A stretch of DNA of 64,000 nucleotides from the human T2T-CHM13v2.0 reference genome, Homo sapiens. Shown piece by piece: positions 41,023-61,632 of the stretch. The stretch lies in NCBI RefSeq assembly GCF_009914755.1, contig NC_060925.1. One strand, written 5' to 3'. The position numbers and the translations under genes were made by a program. Positions within the stretch are counted from its first letter, which is position 1, and each line of letters begins with the position of its first letter. The notes under the pieces were generated by a model, which did not search any database, was not told the DNA's origin, and saw only the letters and a program-made list of their open reading frames with translations.

Positions 41023-41827
41023 ATCTTTAAAGTATGTAAGTAAAATTTGACAAAATTAAAACATAGATTAATCTAGAATCAAAATGAGAAATTTAACACA
41101 CCAATATCCCTTACTGTAAAAAATACCAAAAGAAATATTCAGCAAAGGATTGAGATAATTTGAAAACATGATTTTAAAAATACCTAGTTTTAATTATGAA
41201 ACACATTACATTTATAGAACTAAATAATATACATTCTTTTCAAATGTACATGATGTTCTTCTCAAAACTGATCATATGCTCGTCCATAAAGCAAGTCCCA
41301 ACTAATTTCAAAGGAGTGATATCATACTGCATGTGTTCTCTCATTTAAGTAATAATATTTTAAACTAAATTGTGTTCAATATGTGAGAATCAAAATGTGT
41401 AAAATATAGCTAAATCCACTCTAAGATGTAAATTTATAACCATACATGCACATACATATACATATATAGTTACAGATGATTAATTTTTCAATGATTTACA
41501 CATGTGGATAAAGATCAATGATCCATGCTTCTGTTTTAAAGAGGTAAAAAAAGATGGTATTTTCAAAACAAAAAGCAGAGGCAAGCAAAAAGAACAGAAA
41601 ATGTTAAAAAAAATTATCTGAATGTACCCTAAAAATTTTAAATGTGAAAGTTTGATACTTTGAAATAGACTTTTAATATTAAAAAACTCTTAACAAAGCT
41701 CACCAAGAAGAAATAAACCACATATTATTAATATCAAAATAATAAAAAGAGATTGAATTCATCAGGATGGTAAAATAGGTGGTTTTAGCTCTAATATCCC
41801 CAGATAAATACTGGTTTAATAACCATT

Positions 41828-41975
41828 CATGGTGGTGCCTGTAATCCCAGGTACATGGGAGGCTTAGGCAGCAGAATCACTTGCACCTAGGAGGTGGAGG
41901 ATGTAGTAAGCCAAGATGGCGCCACTGCACTCCAGCCTGGGTAACAGAGTGAGACTCTGTCTCAAAAAAAAAAAA
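41828..41975 (+). mobile_element. Alu right monomer (5'-truncated Alu or FRAM)
   Basis: gcctgtaatcccag...gagactctgtctc followed by an A-tail. Confidence 0.85.
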
Positions 41976-42883
41976 TGTAATGTATACACATTAAGATTTG
42001 CTAAGAGAGTAGATCTTATGTTAAGTATTTTTATCACAAAAATAGTAATAATATATAAAGAAAGCAGAAGGAAACTTTTGGAGGTAATGGATATATTTAT
42101 GGATAAGCCTGTGGTAATGGTTTCACAGATGTATAGTTATATAGTTATCTCCAAACTCATCAAATTGTATACAACAAATATGTGCAGCTTTTTGTGTGTC
42201 AATCATACCTCAAAAAAAGTGATTTAAAGAAAAAATAATACTTGGGGGAAAAGGAAAAAAGAGCAAAATAAACCCAAAGAAAGCAGAATAAAGATAATAA
42301 TAAAGACAAGAGTAGAAATAAATGACATAGAGAATAGAAAACATTACTGAAAGCCAATAAACACAAAATTCTTCCTTTGAAGTGATCAACAAAAGTGACA
42401 ACTTTAAATTGATTGGCTAACAAAAAAGAGAAAGGACTCTAATTTGTAAAATCAGAAATTAAACAGAGGACATACTATAACCAACTGTACGTCAAAAAAT
42501 TAAATAACCTAAATGAAATGGCATTTGTCGTTTTAACAGAAAAGCACTATCAATAAGAAGCAAATGTAACTATACTTATATCAGACAACATAGACTATAA
42601 ATCAAGTAACATTACTAGAAATGAATAGCGGTATTTCATGATGAAAAAGGGTAATTCCACCAAGAACATATAAAAACATTAAATAGATAGATAAAGTATG
42701 TTGTCTGGAAAGACAACAAACAAAGTTGACTAAAAATAAATATGGATATCTGAATAGATCTAAAACAAGTAGTATTAAATTAATAATCAAAAAACTTCCC
42801 ACCAGGAAAATTCTATGTCCAAATGTTTTCACAGATAAATTCTGTAAAATTAAAACTTGTTAAAAAATTAACACCAATTCTTG

Positions 42884-43259
<376 letters not shown>

Positions 43260-45188
43260 TTACCTGGATCCTAAAATCAGATGGAGAGATCATGATGACA
43301 AAAACAAAAACAATAACAAATAAAAAATACAGAACAACATCCCTATAAATATAAACTCAAAAATCTTCAAAGAAATACTAACAAACTGAATCTAGCAACA
43401 TAAAAAATGATTATACACCATGACAGGTGAGATTTATCCCAGAAATTCAAAGTTGGTACAACACACGAAAATCAACTAATGCAATATAACACATTATTAA
43501 AATAAAGACCAAAAACACAAGGATCATCTAATAGATGCATAAAAAAAATCTGACAAAATCTTACACATTTCATGATAAGAATACTCAAGATGAACACAAG
43601 GGACCTTCCTCAAACTCATAAAGAGTATATTTGAAAAACACACAGCTAACAGCCCACTTAATGGTGAAAGACTGAACATTATCCCTCTAAGATCAGGGAG
43701 AAGATAAGCATCTTTGCTTTTGCCATTTCTATTCAAAATTGTTGTGGAGATTCCAGGAAGGACAAGTATGCCAGAAAAAAAAGCATTCATATTGAAAAGG
43801 AAGAAATAAAATTATTTCTATTTGCAGATGACATAATTTTTATGCAGAAAAACCTAAGGAATCCACATACCAAAAAAAAAAAACTATTTGAGCTAAAAAA
43901 CAATTTCAGTAAAGTTTCAGAATAAAATCCATATACAAAATCAATTGTATCTCTATATGCCAGCAATGAACATTCTTAAAATAAAATAATTCCATTTACA
44001 ATAGCATCAAAATAATACTTAGTATAAGTTAACAAAAGAAATGCCAATAGATTTAATCCAAGAAGGCAAGTTTCTTTTAACACTTAAAAAGCAAGCAACA
44101 TAATTCACCATATGGACAAAATAAAGGAGAATAACCTTAAGATTATTTCAGTAGATGCTGAAAAAACATTTGACAAATTCCACACGCATTCATGATTAAA
44201 AAAAAAAAACACTTCCATCAAACTTCAACTAGTAGGAAACTTCCTGATACTGACAAAGGGCATGAAATGAAAACAAAAATGTAGCACTAATATCATACTT
44301 AATGGTACAATATTTAATTATTTATCCGAGATCAAGCATGTAGGGTGTCCTTCTATTCAACATTTTTATAAAGACCCAAGCTATTGCAATACAGCAAGAA
44401 AAACAAATAAAAGACATAAAGATTAGGAAAGAGGAAATAATACTAGAACTTTCCTTACTTACAGATGAGAGTGTTATTTACATAGATTTTTCTATGTAAA
44501 GAATAGAAAATTGACAACATAACTACTTGAGCCAATAAATAAATTTAGCAAAGTCACGAAGTGAATATATGAAAATAACTGCAGTAGCAACAAGCAATGG
44601 CACTACCAGCAAAAAATTAAAAATAAAATTTTAAGGATCCCATCCATGGTTGAAACAAAAAACCACAAGATACCTAGAAATAAATCTAACCAAAGATATC
44701 CAAGTCTTTTGCACTAAAAACTACAAAATATTATCGAGAGAATTTGAAGAATACCTTAAAATGGTATTTCTCCCCAATGTATGTATACAGATTCAGAGGA
44801 ACCACAATCAAATTCTGGAAGCCTTTTTGTAGAAATTGATTATCTCATTCTACATTGTACGCAAAAATGTAATATAATATCATAAAAGCAATTTTAGTGA
44901 AAACTGTTATAAATTTAGTAATCAAGACAGTTTGGTATTTCAAAATGATAGACCTTTACATGTATGAAACAGAATGGAGAGTACAGAAATAGGCCCACAT
45001 ATTTATGAGCAATTTACTTTAACAAAGATGACAAGGAAATTTAATAAAGAGGTAAGTATTTTAATGAGTAATGTTCAATATAAATAATTAACCCTTACTG
45101 AAAATCTTATACAAAAATTACCTCAAAATGGATCATAGACACAAATATAAAACCCAAAATTATAACATGTGTAGAAGAAAATATAAAA

Positions 45189-51304
<6,116 letters not shown>

Positions 51305-52415
51305 ATATAATAGAAAATTCTTTGTGACCTTTGAGTAGGCAAAGATTTCTTAGAAAGAACATAAAAAGCATAAACTATATTTTAAAAAACTAATAAACTG
51401 AACTTCATAAACAGATACCAAAAATCACTTTACCTCTTTAGTTCTCTGAAAGGCAGTATTAAGAAATGAAAAACAAAGACACAGACTAACAGAAGATACT
51501 TGTTACACAGAAAAAGAACGTGTATCTTGAATATACAAAGAACTCTTATGAAGCAAAAAATTAAATTAAAATTAAAAAATAAGCAAAAGATCTAAACACT
51601 CAGAAAAAGAAAACAAGATTTATGAGTTGCCAGGAAGCATATAAAATGTTACTACACATCACTTATTATCAGAAAAATGCATATTAAAACCACAAAGGAA
51701 TACTACTGCACACCCATAGAATAGCTAAAAAATAAAAACATAATAAACAATAGAAAATTTGGCCCCACCAAGCGATAACAAGGATGTGAAGCAACTAGAA
51801 GTTTCATACGTTTCCAGTGAAAATGTAAAAGGACGATCACTTTGCAAAACCATTTGATAATTTCTCATAAAGGTAAATGTACACCAATTATATGACCTAG
51901 CTGGTCATAGATATCTAACCAAGAAAAAAATTAAAAATTGTGTTTACACTAAGACTTGTAAATAAATGTTCATAGAAACTTTATTTGTAATAGCTGAAAA
52001 CTGGAAACAACCTAAATGCCTTTCAGTAGGTTGAATGGATAAACACATATTTGTACAATGAAATAGTGCTAAGCAAGAAAAAGAAATGAATTATCAATAC
52101 ATACAACATGGATCAATCTCAAATCATTATGTCAAAATAAAAAGGTCACACAAAACAAGGTACATAATGAATTCCATTTATTCACGAAAATGCAAATTCA
52201 CATTTATGGATAGAAAGCAATGATCAGTGTTTATCTGGGTAGAAAGGGGGATATATTATGAAGGAGCCTGAGAAATCTTGCAGGCGCTGGATATATTTGC
52301 TCTCTTGATTGTGGCGACAGTTTCCTAAGTGTATGCATATGTCAAAATACATCAAATTTTACACTTTAAATATGTTCAGTTTAATGTTGTTCAGTTACAC
52401 AGTACTTTAATAATT
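51305..52415 (+). mobile_element. Continuation of the old host L1M (ORF2 tail and 3'UTR)
   Basis: gaaaattctttgtgacctttgagtaggcaaagatttcttag resumes the ORF2 sequence broken at ~45190. Confidence 0.8.
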
Positions 52416-52876
52416 TTAAAAAATACTTATACCTCTCCACTATCTCATTTTCCCTTGGAATGTCCCAGAAATAACAGCTATCTTAAATTTAGTGTTTCCC
52501 TTTTACATGCATTTTTTGAAATAAGTATTACGCACAGTATAATGGTTACATACAGGGACTGTAAAGCCAGACAACATGAGCTGTAAATCTGTCTCTATCA
52601 CTTAATAGCTTTGTTTCTTTGGAAAAATTAATTCATTTTTATGTGCCTCAATTTACTGACTATAATGGGATGATAGTACTTTTTTCACAGGGTTATTGTG
52701 AGTATTAAGTGACTGAATTTATATAAATAGCTAGAAGAGTATTTGTCAAATAGTAAATTATAGTTATGCCATATAATATAAAACCAGGTAGATATTAAAT
52801 TGAACATGAAATAATTGTTAATAATATGGTACAATATTAAGGCAAAATATGATAAGGATGGTTAGGAATATGGGCT

Positions 52877-53408
52877 CTGGTTCATCCATGTTGTTCCAAA
52901 GGGTAAGATCTCCTTTTTAAAGGCTGAATAATATTCCATTGAATAATACCCCATAATTTTGTTAACTATTCATCTATCAACAGACACCTTGGTTAAGTAA
53001 AATAAGTTAGACACAAAAAGAAAAATACTGCATGATCTCACTTATATATGGAATCGTCTTTTTAAAAGTTGAATATATAGAAACAAAGAGTAGAATGGCA
53101 GTTACCAGAGATGGGGGTGGGGGCAGGGAATGAAGAATGGGGAGATAAAGATCAAAAATATAAAAAGTTGCAGTTATGTAGGATGAATAAGTCTAGAGAT
53201 GTAATGTATAACATGAGGACTATAGTTAATAATATTGCATATTGAAAATTTGCTGAGAGTAGATTTTAGTAGCTCTTACCACCAAAAAAAGTAACTGTGA
53301 GATAACAGATATGACAATTTTCATGATTATAGAAACCATTTCACTAATGTATGTATATGAAAAAAGAAAGCTGTACATCTTAAATGTGTACAATTTTTTT
53401 AAAAAGAA
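52877..53408 (+). mobile_element. L1MA9/MB1-like 3' end with an inverted 5' segment, inserted in a MIR
   Basis: 52877-52994 antisense, remainder sense. Perfect TSD gaatatgggct at 52866-52876 and 53409-53419. Confidence 0.88.
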
Positions 53409-54475
53409 GAATATGGGCTTTGGGTTAGACCACTTGGATTGAATCTCAGCTCTACCACTTAGTATCTGGGTTATCTTGAGTATGTTTCTTGTTTCTTACT
53501 TTCTTTGTGCTTTAGTTTTTTCATCTTTAAAAGATGAATAATGACAGCACCTTCTTCTTAGGGTTGAATTAAACAACTTGACCTAAAAGCATGTGGAGTA
53601 GTGTCCTAAGCACAGAACAAACATTCAATAACATTAACTATTAGTAGTAGCATACATTCAGAAGTAATATATAGTTGCCTCCAACAATTCAGTGTTATGT
53701 CTTCAAGTAAAAGTAACGTATATTAAATGTAAATTAATGGTTTGTATTTTTTTATGTATTCAGGCTCATAGGAGAAACATTTTTTATCTTTGCAAAAAGA
53801 TATTGTAAATTCACTGGACATAAGCCTACTCTTCATTGCTATTTGTCACCTATTTCTCTGTTCTTTTATTCATTCCTAACATGTTTTCATCAATTTAGAT
53901 AACTCAGTGAGAATATCCTATGGATTTCATTTTAAAAGACTGCACTTAACAATAACTGATGTGCCTTTTGTAAACTCCAAGCTTACAGGGGCTGAAAAGT
54001 TTATTTTTGCTATTAATTTCCACGGCACCTTTTCTCATGTTAACACCTTGTCTTATTTAGCAATTCATTAACATAGATAGTTCTATACAATTCATTGACA
54101 GATTCATTTTTGATCATTTTATTTTTAATGTTTTATAAGTATCAAAAATAGTAATATATCCACATTATTTGATCAGTTACATACTAATAGTAGCTGTAAT
54201 AAACTAATCCAAGCAAATTGTTTTATTCAGTAGCTTTTATGTATTAAGAAAAAATTCTTTGAATATTTATATATACCATATACATATATATACACACACA
54301 TACATAAACAGATTTTGTTGTGAAAAAGCATAATATGTTGATCAATAAAAGACTTTCAAGCAAAAAAGAAATACTGTATTTTTAGGATAATTCTTTGCAG
54401 AAACTAAAAAGGAAATTATGAGTCTTGTACAAAGGAGGAACAATGTAAAATTTCTGCTTAGAAAAGTCTCCTCAT

Positions 54476-54600
54476 TTTTTTTTAAGAGATAGGGTATTTG
54501 TATATTGCTCAGGCTAGACACAAACTCCTGAGTTCAAGGGATCTCCTACCTCAGCCTACAGAGTAGCTGGGAATACAGGCATGTGCCACTGTGCCTGGCT
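54476..54600 (-). mobile_element. FLAM / Alu monomer
   Basis: gagatagggt...cctacctcagcct...gtgcctggct. Confidence 0.8.
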
Positions 54601-54881
54601 TTACTTCTAAATGGATTTTAACCACGAATAACTACATAGTTTTTACCATATGCCAAACACTCCTAACTGCACTCTCTAAACACTCTTCTAATTGCCAAAT
54701 TAACTTAATATATTTAAATATCATGACTATGCCAAGACGTAGACTGTGTTAGTCATTTCATTTTAGTACGTGGAAACTGAAATACTGAGAGATTAAATAA
54801 TTTACTTAAGGTCATAAAGCTAAGGAAGTAATTCACAGAAACTGAATACGAATCCAGGTACTCCTGCTTGATTGCCTGATA

Positions 54882-55241
54882 TTTTAAAATAGATTTTAGG
54901 GTGCAAGAGCAGTTTTGTAACATGGATATATTGCATAGGGATGAAGTCTGGATTTTCAGTGTAGCCATCACCTAAATAATGTAGATTGTACTGATTAAGT
55001 AATTTATTTTCTCTCGTCCCCCTCCAAAGCATCCACTCTTATAATTCTCCAATATCTATTATCCTATACATTGGAGAATGTCCATGTATACACATTATTT
55101 AGCTCCTACTTATAAATGAAAACAAGAGGTGTTTGACTTTATGTTTCTGAGTTATTTCACTTAAGATAATGGTCTCCAGTTCCATCTATGCTGCTACAAA
55201 AGACATGACTTTACTGTTTGTTATAGTTGAGTAGTATTTAC

Positions 55242-55280
<39 letters not shown>

Positions 55281-58055
55281 TATATATATATCTATACATA
55301 TACACACACAAATATTTACACATCACATTTTCTTTGTCCAATCATCCATTCATGGACTCTTGGATTGATTCCATTATCTTTGCTATTGTAAATAATGCTG
55401 CAATAAACATACAACTACAGGTTTATTTTTGATGAAATTATTTCTTTTCATTTGGGTAGATACTCAGGAATGGGATTACTAGATTCAGTGGTAGCTCTAT
55501 TTTTAATTCTTTGAGAAATCTCCATACTGTTTTCCATAGAGATTGCACTAATTTACTTTTTCACCAACAGTGTATAACCATTCTCTTTTCTATGCATCCT
55601 CACTAGCATCTATTATTTTTTGACTTTTTATTTAATTTTTAAAAATTTTTTCAATTATACTTTAAGTTCTGGGATACATGTGCAGAATGTGCAGGTTTGT
55701 TACATAGGTATACACATGCCATAGTGGTTTGCCGCACCCATCAACCCGTCATCTACATTAGGTATTTCTCCTAATGCTATCCCTCCCCTAGCCCCCCAGC
55801 CCCAACAGGCTCTGGTGTGTGATGTTCCCCTCCCTGTGTCCATGTGTTCTCATTGTTCAGCTCCCACTTATGAGTGAGAACATGTGGTGTTTGGTTTTCT
55901 GTTCCTGTGTTAGTTTGCTGAGAATGATGGTTTCCAGCTTCATGCATGTCCCCTCAAAGGACATGTACTCATCCTTTTTTATGGCTGCATAGTATTCTAT
56001 GGTGTATATATGCCACATTTTCTTTATCCAGTCTATCATTGATGGGCATTTGGGTTGATTCCAAGTCTTTGCTATTGTGAACAGTGCCACAATAAACATA
56101 AACGTGCATGTGTCTTAATAGTAGAATGATTTATAATCCTTTGGGTATGTACCCAGTTATGGGATTGCTGGGTCAAATGGTATTCTGGTTCCAGATCCTT
56201 GAGGAATTGCCACACTGTCTTCCACAATGGTTGAACTAATTTACACTCCCACCAACAGTGTAAAGCGTTCCTATCTCTCCACATCCTCTCCAGCGTCTGT
56301 TGTTTCCTTTTAATGATCACCATTCTAACTGGCATGAGATGGTATCTCATTGTGGTTTTGATTTGTATTTCTCTAATGACCAGTGATGATGAGCCTTTTT
56401 TCATATATTTGTTAGCCACACAAATGTCTTCTGAGAAGTATCTGTTAATATCCTTCACCCACTTTTTGATGAAGTTGTTTGTTTTTTCTCATAAATTTAA
56501 GTTCCTTGTAGATTCTGGATTTTGGCCCTATGTCATATGGATAGATTGCAAACATTTTCTCCCATTTTGTAGGTTGCCTGTTCACTCTGATGATAGTTGA
56601 TTTTGCTGTGCAGAAGCTCTTTAGTTTAATTAGATCCCATTTGTCTATTTTGGCTTTTGTTGCCATTGTTTTTGGTGTTTTAGTCATGAAGTCGTTGCCC
56701 ATGCCTATCTCTTGAAAGGTATTGCCTAGGTTTTCTCCTAGGGTTTTTATGGTTTTAGGTCTTATGTTGAAGTCTTTAATCCATCTTAAGTTAATTTTTG
56801 TATAAGGTGTAAGGAAGGGGTCCAGTTTCAGTTTTCTGCATATGGCTAGCTAGTTTTCCCAACATCACTTATTAAATAGGGAATCCTTTCCCCATTGCTT
56901 GTTTTTGTCAGGTTTGTCAAAGATCAGATGGTTGTAGATGTGTGGAGTTATTTCTGAAGCCTCTGTTCTGTTCCATTGGTCTATATATCTGTTTTGGTAC
57001 CAGTACCATGCTGTTTTGGTAACTGTAGCCTTGTAGTATAGTTTGAAGTCAGGTAGCGTGGTGCCTCCAGCTTTCTTCTTTTTCCTTAGGATTGTGTTGG
57101 CTATGCAGGCTCCTTTTTGGTTCCGTATGAAATTTAAACTAGTTTTTTTCTAATTGTGTGAAGAAAGCCAATAGTAGCTTGATGGAGATAACCAGGCGAA
57201 AATAAAATACTGGAAAACCAAATCCACAAGCACATCAAAAAGCTTATCCATCACAATCAAGTTGGCTTCATCCCTGGCATGCAACGCTGGTTCAACATAC
57301 GCAAATCAATAAACATAATCCATTACATAAACAGAACCAATGACAAAAACCACATGATTATCTCAATAGATGCAGAAATGGCATTCAACAAAATTCAACA
57401 GTGCTTCATGCTAAAAACTCTCAGTAAACTAGGTATTGATGGAACATATCTCAAAATAATAAGAGCTATTTATGACAAACCCACAGCCAATATCATACTG
57501 AATGGGCAAAAACTGGAAGCATTCCCTTTGAAAACAGGCACAAGACAAGGATGCCCTCTCTCACCACTCCTATTCAACATAGTGTTGGAAGTTCTCTCCA
57601 GGGCAATCAGGCAAGAGAAAGAAATAAAGGTATTCAATTAGGAAAAGAGGAAGTCAAATTGTCCCTGTTTGCAGATGACATGATCATAGATTTAGAAAAC
57701 CCCATCGTCTCAGCCCAAAATCTCCTTAAGCTGATAAGCAACCTCAGCAAAATCTCATGATACAAAATCAACGTGCAAAAATCACAAGCATTCCTATACA
57801 CCATTAATAGACAAACAGAGAGCTAAATCATGAGTTAATTCCCATTCACAACTGCACCACTGCTCAAGGAAATAAGAAAGGACACATACAAATGGAAAAA
57901 TGTTCCATGCTTATGGATAGGAAGAATCAATATCGTGAAAATGGCCATATATCCCCAAGTAATTTGTAGATTCAATGCTATCCCCATCAAGCTACCACTG
58001 ACTTTTTAATAGTAGCCATTCTGGCTTTTGTGAGATGGTATCTCATTGTGGCTTA
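54882..58055 (-). mobile_element. L1PB-like 3' end (54882-55630 plus 58009-58055), split by a younger L1PA
   Basis: L1PB 3'UTR (catggatatattgcata...gaagtctgg). The sequence ...ttttgactttttaatagtagccattctg is continuous across the nested insertion. Confidence 0.82.
55631..57998 (-). mobile_element. L1PA7-like 5'-truncated element with a 5' inversion (55631-57190 antisense, ~57204-57998 sense)
   Basis: TSD tgacttttta at 55621-55630 and 57999-58008. RT remnant ORF 57279-57641 ([18 protein letters not shown]). Confidence 0.93.
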
Positions 58056-58099
58056 GCATTTTATTCAGAGTAAATATCAAAGTTTTAAAATATTCTATA

Positions 58100-58470
58100 T
58101 GAGCTGCCCTCTTCATGTGTCTGACCTCATCTCCTATTATTATCACTTTACTTGGCTTCCTTCAAGTAACTGCTCAAATTTCACTTCCTCAATAAGGCCA
58201 ACTTTACCACCATATTAAATAATGCCAAATACCCTTTCCTACATCCTGATTCCTCTCACCTGCCCTAGTTTTCCCACAGCACTCACTACATCGAAGTATA
58301 TTATTAAAATTACTTATTTACTATGACTATTGTTTATTTCTATCCCCTCTAGTAAGAATGTACGTTCTTTGAGGAAAAGAATCTTTCTTGTTTTGTTTAT
58401 TGTTATATCGGCAGCACCTGTAGTAGTGTCTGGCCTAACTAGATATTCAATAAATCTCTGTTGAGCAAAT
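58100..58470 (+). mobile_element. L2 3' fragment
   Basis: gaatgtacgttctttgagg...gtagtgtctggc...attcaataaatctctgttga. Confidence 0.7.
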
Positions 58471-58749
58471 GTATACATAAAAGCTAACCTCAAAAGTTGT
58501 TAAGTAAAATAAGTTACAGAGTCATTGAGGTAATATATTAAAGCTCTATTTCAGGCCAGACTTAGTTCAGGGAACCAGAATACAAATGCGAATATATCAG
58601 TCCTTGCTATCATGAAGCTAACGATCAAGCTGGAGCAATAGTCACAAAAGTAGATAACTTCAATCCAAAACATCAAGTGCTATTGGGATGGATGAAGAAA
58701 TGATGGAAGGATGCCCAGAGTAAACCATAAGATGCTATGTAAAAGTGGG

Positions 58750-59169
58750 TGATATGGTTCGGATGTTTATCCCCTCCAAATCTCATGTTGAAATGTGATT
58801 CCCAATGTTAGAGGTGGGGAGAGGTAGGAGGTGATGGGTCATAAGGGAGGATCTTTCATGAATGGTTTAGCATTATCCCCTTGGTGAGAAGTGAGTTCTC
58901 ACACAGTTAGTTCACACAAGGTCTTACTGCTTAAAAGAGTGTAGCATCTCACCATTTCTCTCTCTTTGGCTCCTACTCTCACCATATGATGTGCTGGCTT
59001 CCCCTTTACCTTCTGCCATGATTGCTGCAGAAACCCTCACCAGAAGCAGATGCTGGTACCTTACTTCCTGTATAGCCTACAGAACTATGAGCCAAGATAA
59101 AACTCTTTTCTTCATAAATTGCCCAATCTCATATATTTATTTGCAGCAATGTAAGAACAGACTAATACA
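58750..59169 (+). mobile_element. MSTB-like solo LTR (MaLR)
   Basis: tgatatggttcggatg...acagactaataca; TG...CA termini. Confidence 0.9.
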
Positions 59170-60346
59170 ACAAATTATTATTATATCTACACTAAAAGAA
59201 ACATAAACGGGTCAAAATGAAAAGCCATAAGAATCTTCAATAATGGATCTTTAATTGTGAAAATTAATTTTTCTGTTCATCCATTGACAGTTATTTTGAG
59301 ATTTCAGTAAACTTAAACTGCATATGTAAAAATTCTTGTCATTTAAATGTTGGCTTATTTTCTATTAAACTTATATTATAAGTTGATTTTCAGAATAATG
59401 AGGGTATCTGCTTTTCTTCTTTATTTTGTCTGTATTTTCTTCTTTATTCCAAGAATATAAAGAAGATCCTGTAAAAAACATTTCCCTCTACAAAAAATTT
59501 GTAAGCTTTCTATTTTCAGAAAGAAAAACTACATAAAATAATTTATTTTTCTTTCTCTATTCTAAAAGTGTCTGTTTGATGCATTTCTTTCTCCAGATGC
59601 CTTACACAGAAGAGTCTTATCTGAAAACTATCTTAAGTTATCCAGGAGTGAGACAAAGAACAACATGTAACTAAAAATGTTAATTGAAATGCCCATTAGA
59701 ATAGGTACATTGGGTCAGGTGGTCCTTGCAAGTGGCCCTCTGCAGCCTCTTTCAATTATGTGATTCTATAAAAGAAGGAAACCCAAATCCTATAAGTAAT
59801 CATACAAGTGGCTATCACTGGAATAGGAAATAAAGATGAAGAGCCCCTGGAAATAAAGGAGAAAAATAAGAATCTTACTATGCTAGAAAATTAGCAAATG
59901 TCATATGACTTTCCCATCCTACTCAGTCTATTCATTTCCAAAATCTCATCTTCTAAAACAATTCCCACAATAACTGGACTTGCTGGGTAGAGAAGATCCT
60001 CTTAGAAAACAAAGTGTTCACCTACGTGAGAGAAATCACTTCTTTTTAGAAATCATTTAGAGCCCTGGATAAGGCAATTTACCAAATGGTGCCTGCCTCC
60101 CCAAAGGAGTTAATCTCTCTTTCCATAGTAAATCTGCCTCTTCCTGATAACATGTTTGTGATCGTGGCTCACCATAAAAGCTGTGCATTTGCTTGATCAA
60201 AAGACTAGGAAGACGAAAAATAAATTTAGTCACCTTGCGTCACTGTATTGTGGTCTGTATGTTTAAATAATAACAAGCAATGCAGAACTGTCATTAGCCC
60301 TTCCTCCATAAAAGACTGAAAGTAAGATAAAACTTGAAAAAGCCTT

Positions 60347-60720
60347 TTATGTGATTTGGCTGTGTCCCCACCCAAATCTTATCTTGAATTGTAGTTCCTA
60401 TAATTCCCACATGCTATGGGAGGGATCTGGTGGGAGGTAATTTAACCATGGAGATGTTTATCCTCATGCTATTCTTGTGATGTGAGCGAGTTCACATGAG
60501 ATCTGACGGTTTCATAAGGGGCTTTCCCCCTTTTGCTCAGCATTTCTCCTTGCTGCTGCCATGTGAAGAAGGATGTGTTTGCTTCCCCTTCCACCATGAC
60601 TGTAAGTTTCTCGAGGCCTCTCCAGCCATGGTAAACTGTGAGTCAATTAAACCTCTTTCCTTTATAAATTACCCAGTCTTGGGTATGTCTTTATTAGCAG
60701 CATAAGAATGGACTAATACA
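60347..60720 (+). mobile_element. THE1C/D-like solo LTR (MaLR)
   Basis: tttggctgtgtccccacccaaatct...gagtcaattaaacctcttt...ggactaataca. Confidence 0.9.
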
Positions 60721-60822
60721 GACATGTTATTTCATGAATATCCTAAAAAATATACACTCTCTAAGACTAAAACTGAAAGGAAAACTGATCCCAGCAATAA
60801 GTATCTCCAAATAACAGCATTA

Positions 60823-61076
60823 TAGGTTGAGCATCCCAAATATAAAAATGCAAAATCCAAAATCCAAAATCCAAAAAATGCTCACAAATCCAAAACTCTT
60901 CTGAGAACCAACATGATACTCAAAGCAAATGCTCATTAGAGCATTTTGGTTTTCAGATTTTCAGATTTGGGGTGCTCAACAGTAAGTATAATGCAAATGT
61001 TTCAAAATCTTTTTAAAAATCTAAAATCTGAAACACTTCAGGTCTCAAACATTTGAGATAAAATATATTCAATCTG
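60823..61076 (+). mobile_element. Tigger4a-like MITE
   Basis: Degenerate TIRs taggttgagcatcc / atattcaatctg with flanking TA. Confidence 0.85.
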
Positions 61077-61632
61077 TACTATATTTTGGCTACTAGAAGA
61101 AGTTTTAAAAAGTCCTGTGTCCTTGGTTCCATCTCCAAATGTTCATTGAGCACTTGCTACATAGCAGCTATTCTGCTATTTACTAGCGATTCCAATTTGT
61201 TTGTACAGAATAGTGATTAAAAGCATATACTTTGGAATAATACTGCCTGGGTTCACATCACATCTCCAACCCTTTTTAGCTGTGTAGTCTTGAATTTGAC
61301 ACTCCATCTCAGTGTTTCTACTTGCAAATTCATAGAGTTGTTGTAAGGATCAAATGACGTGATACGTGCAGAGGTGTGAGAACAGTTGCTGCTGCATAGA
61401 AGTGAATAGGCATAAAAGAAGCTATTAATCAATTGAGGGAAACTAATAAATTAGTCAAGATATGTAAAAAGTGTTATAGGGACATAAAATTAAAAGACTA
61501 ACATATCCGGGGTTGCAAGACTTGCAAAGAGTTAACAGAAGTGACAAGTTACACTTGAAGGATGAGTAGTTTTCCATATGTCAAACGAAAGAAGGCAGAA
61601 AGATCATCATGTGACAGAACACAGAGTAATAA

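Noticed and set aside
55241-55312. (TA)n/(CA)n tract, and similar tracts at 2874-2938, 20039-20082 and 31690-31713
   Set aside because: Ordinary microsatellites with nothing unusual.
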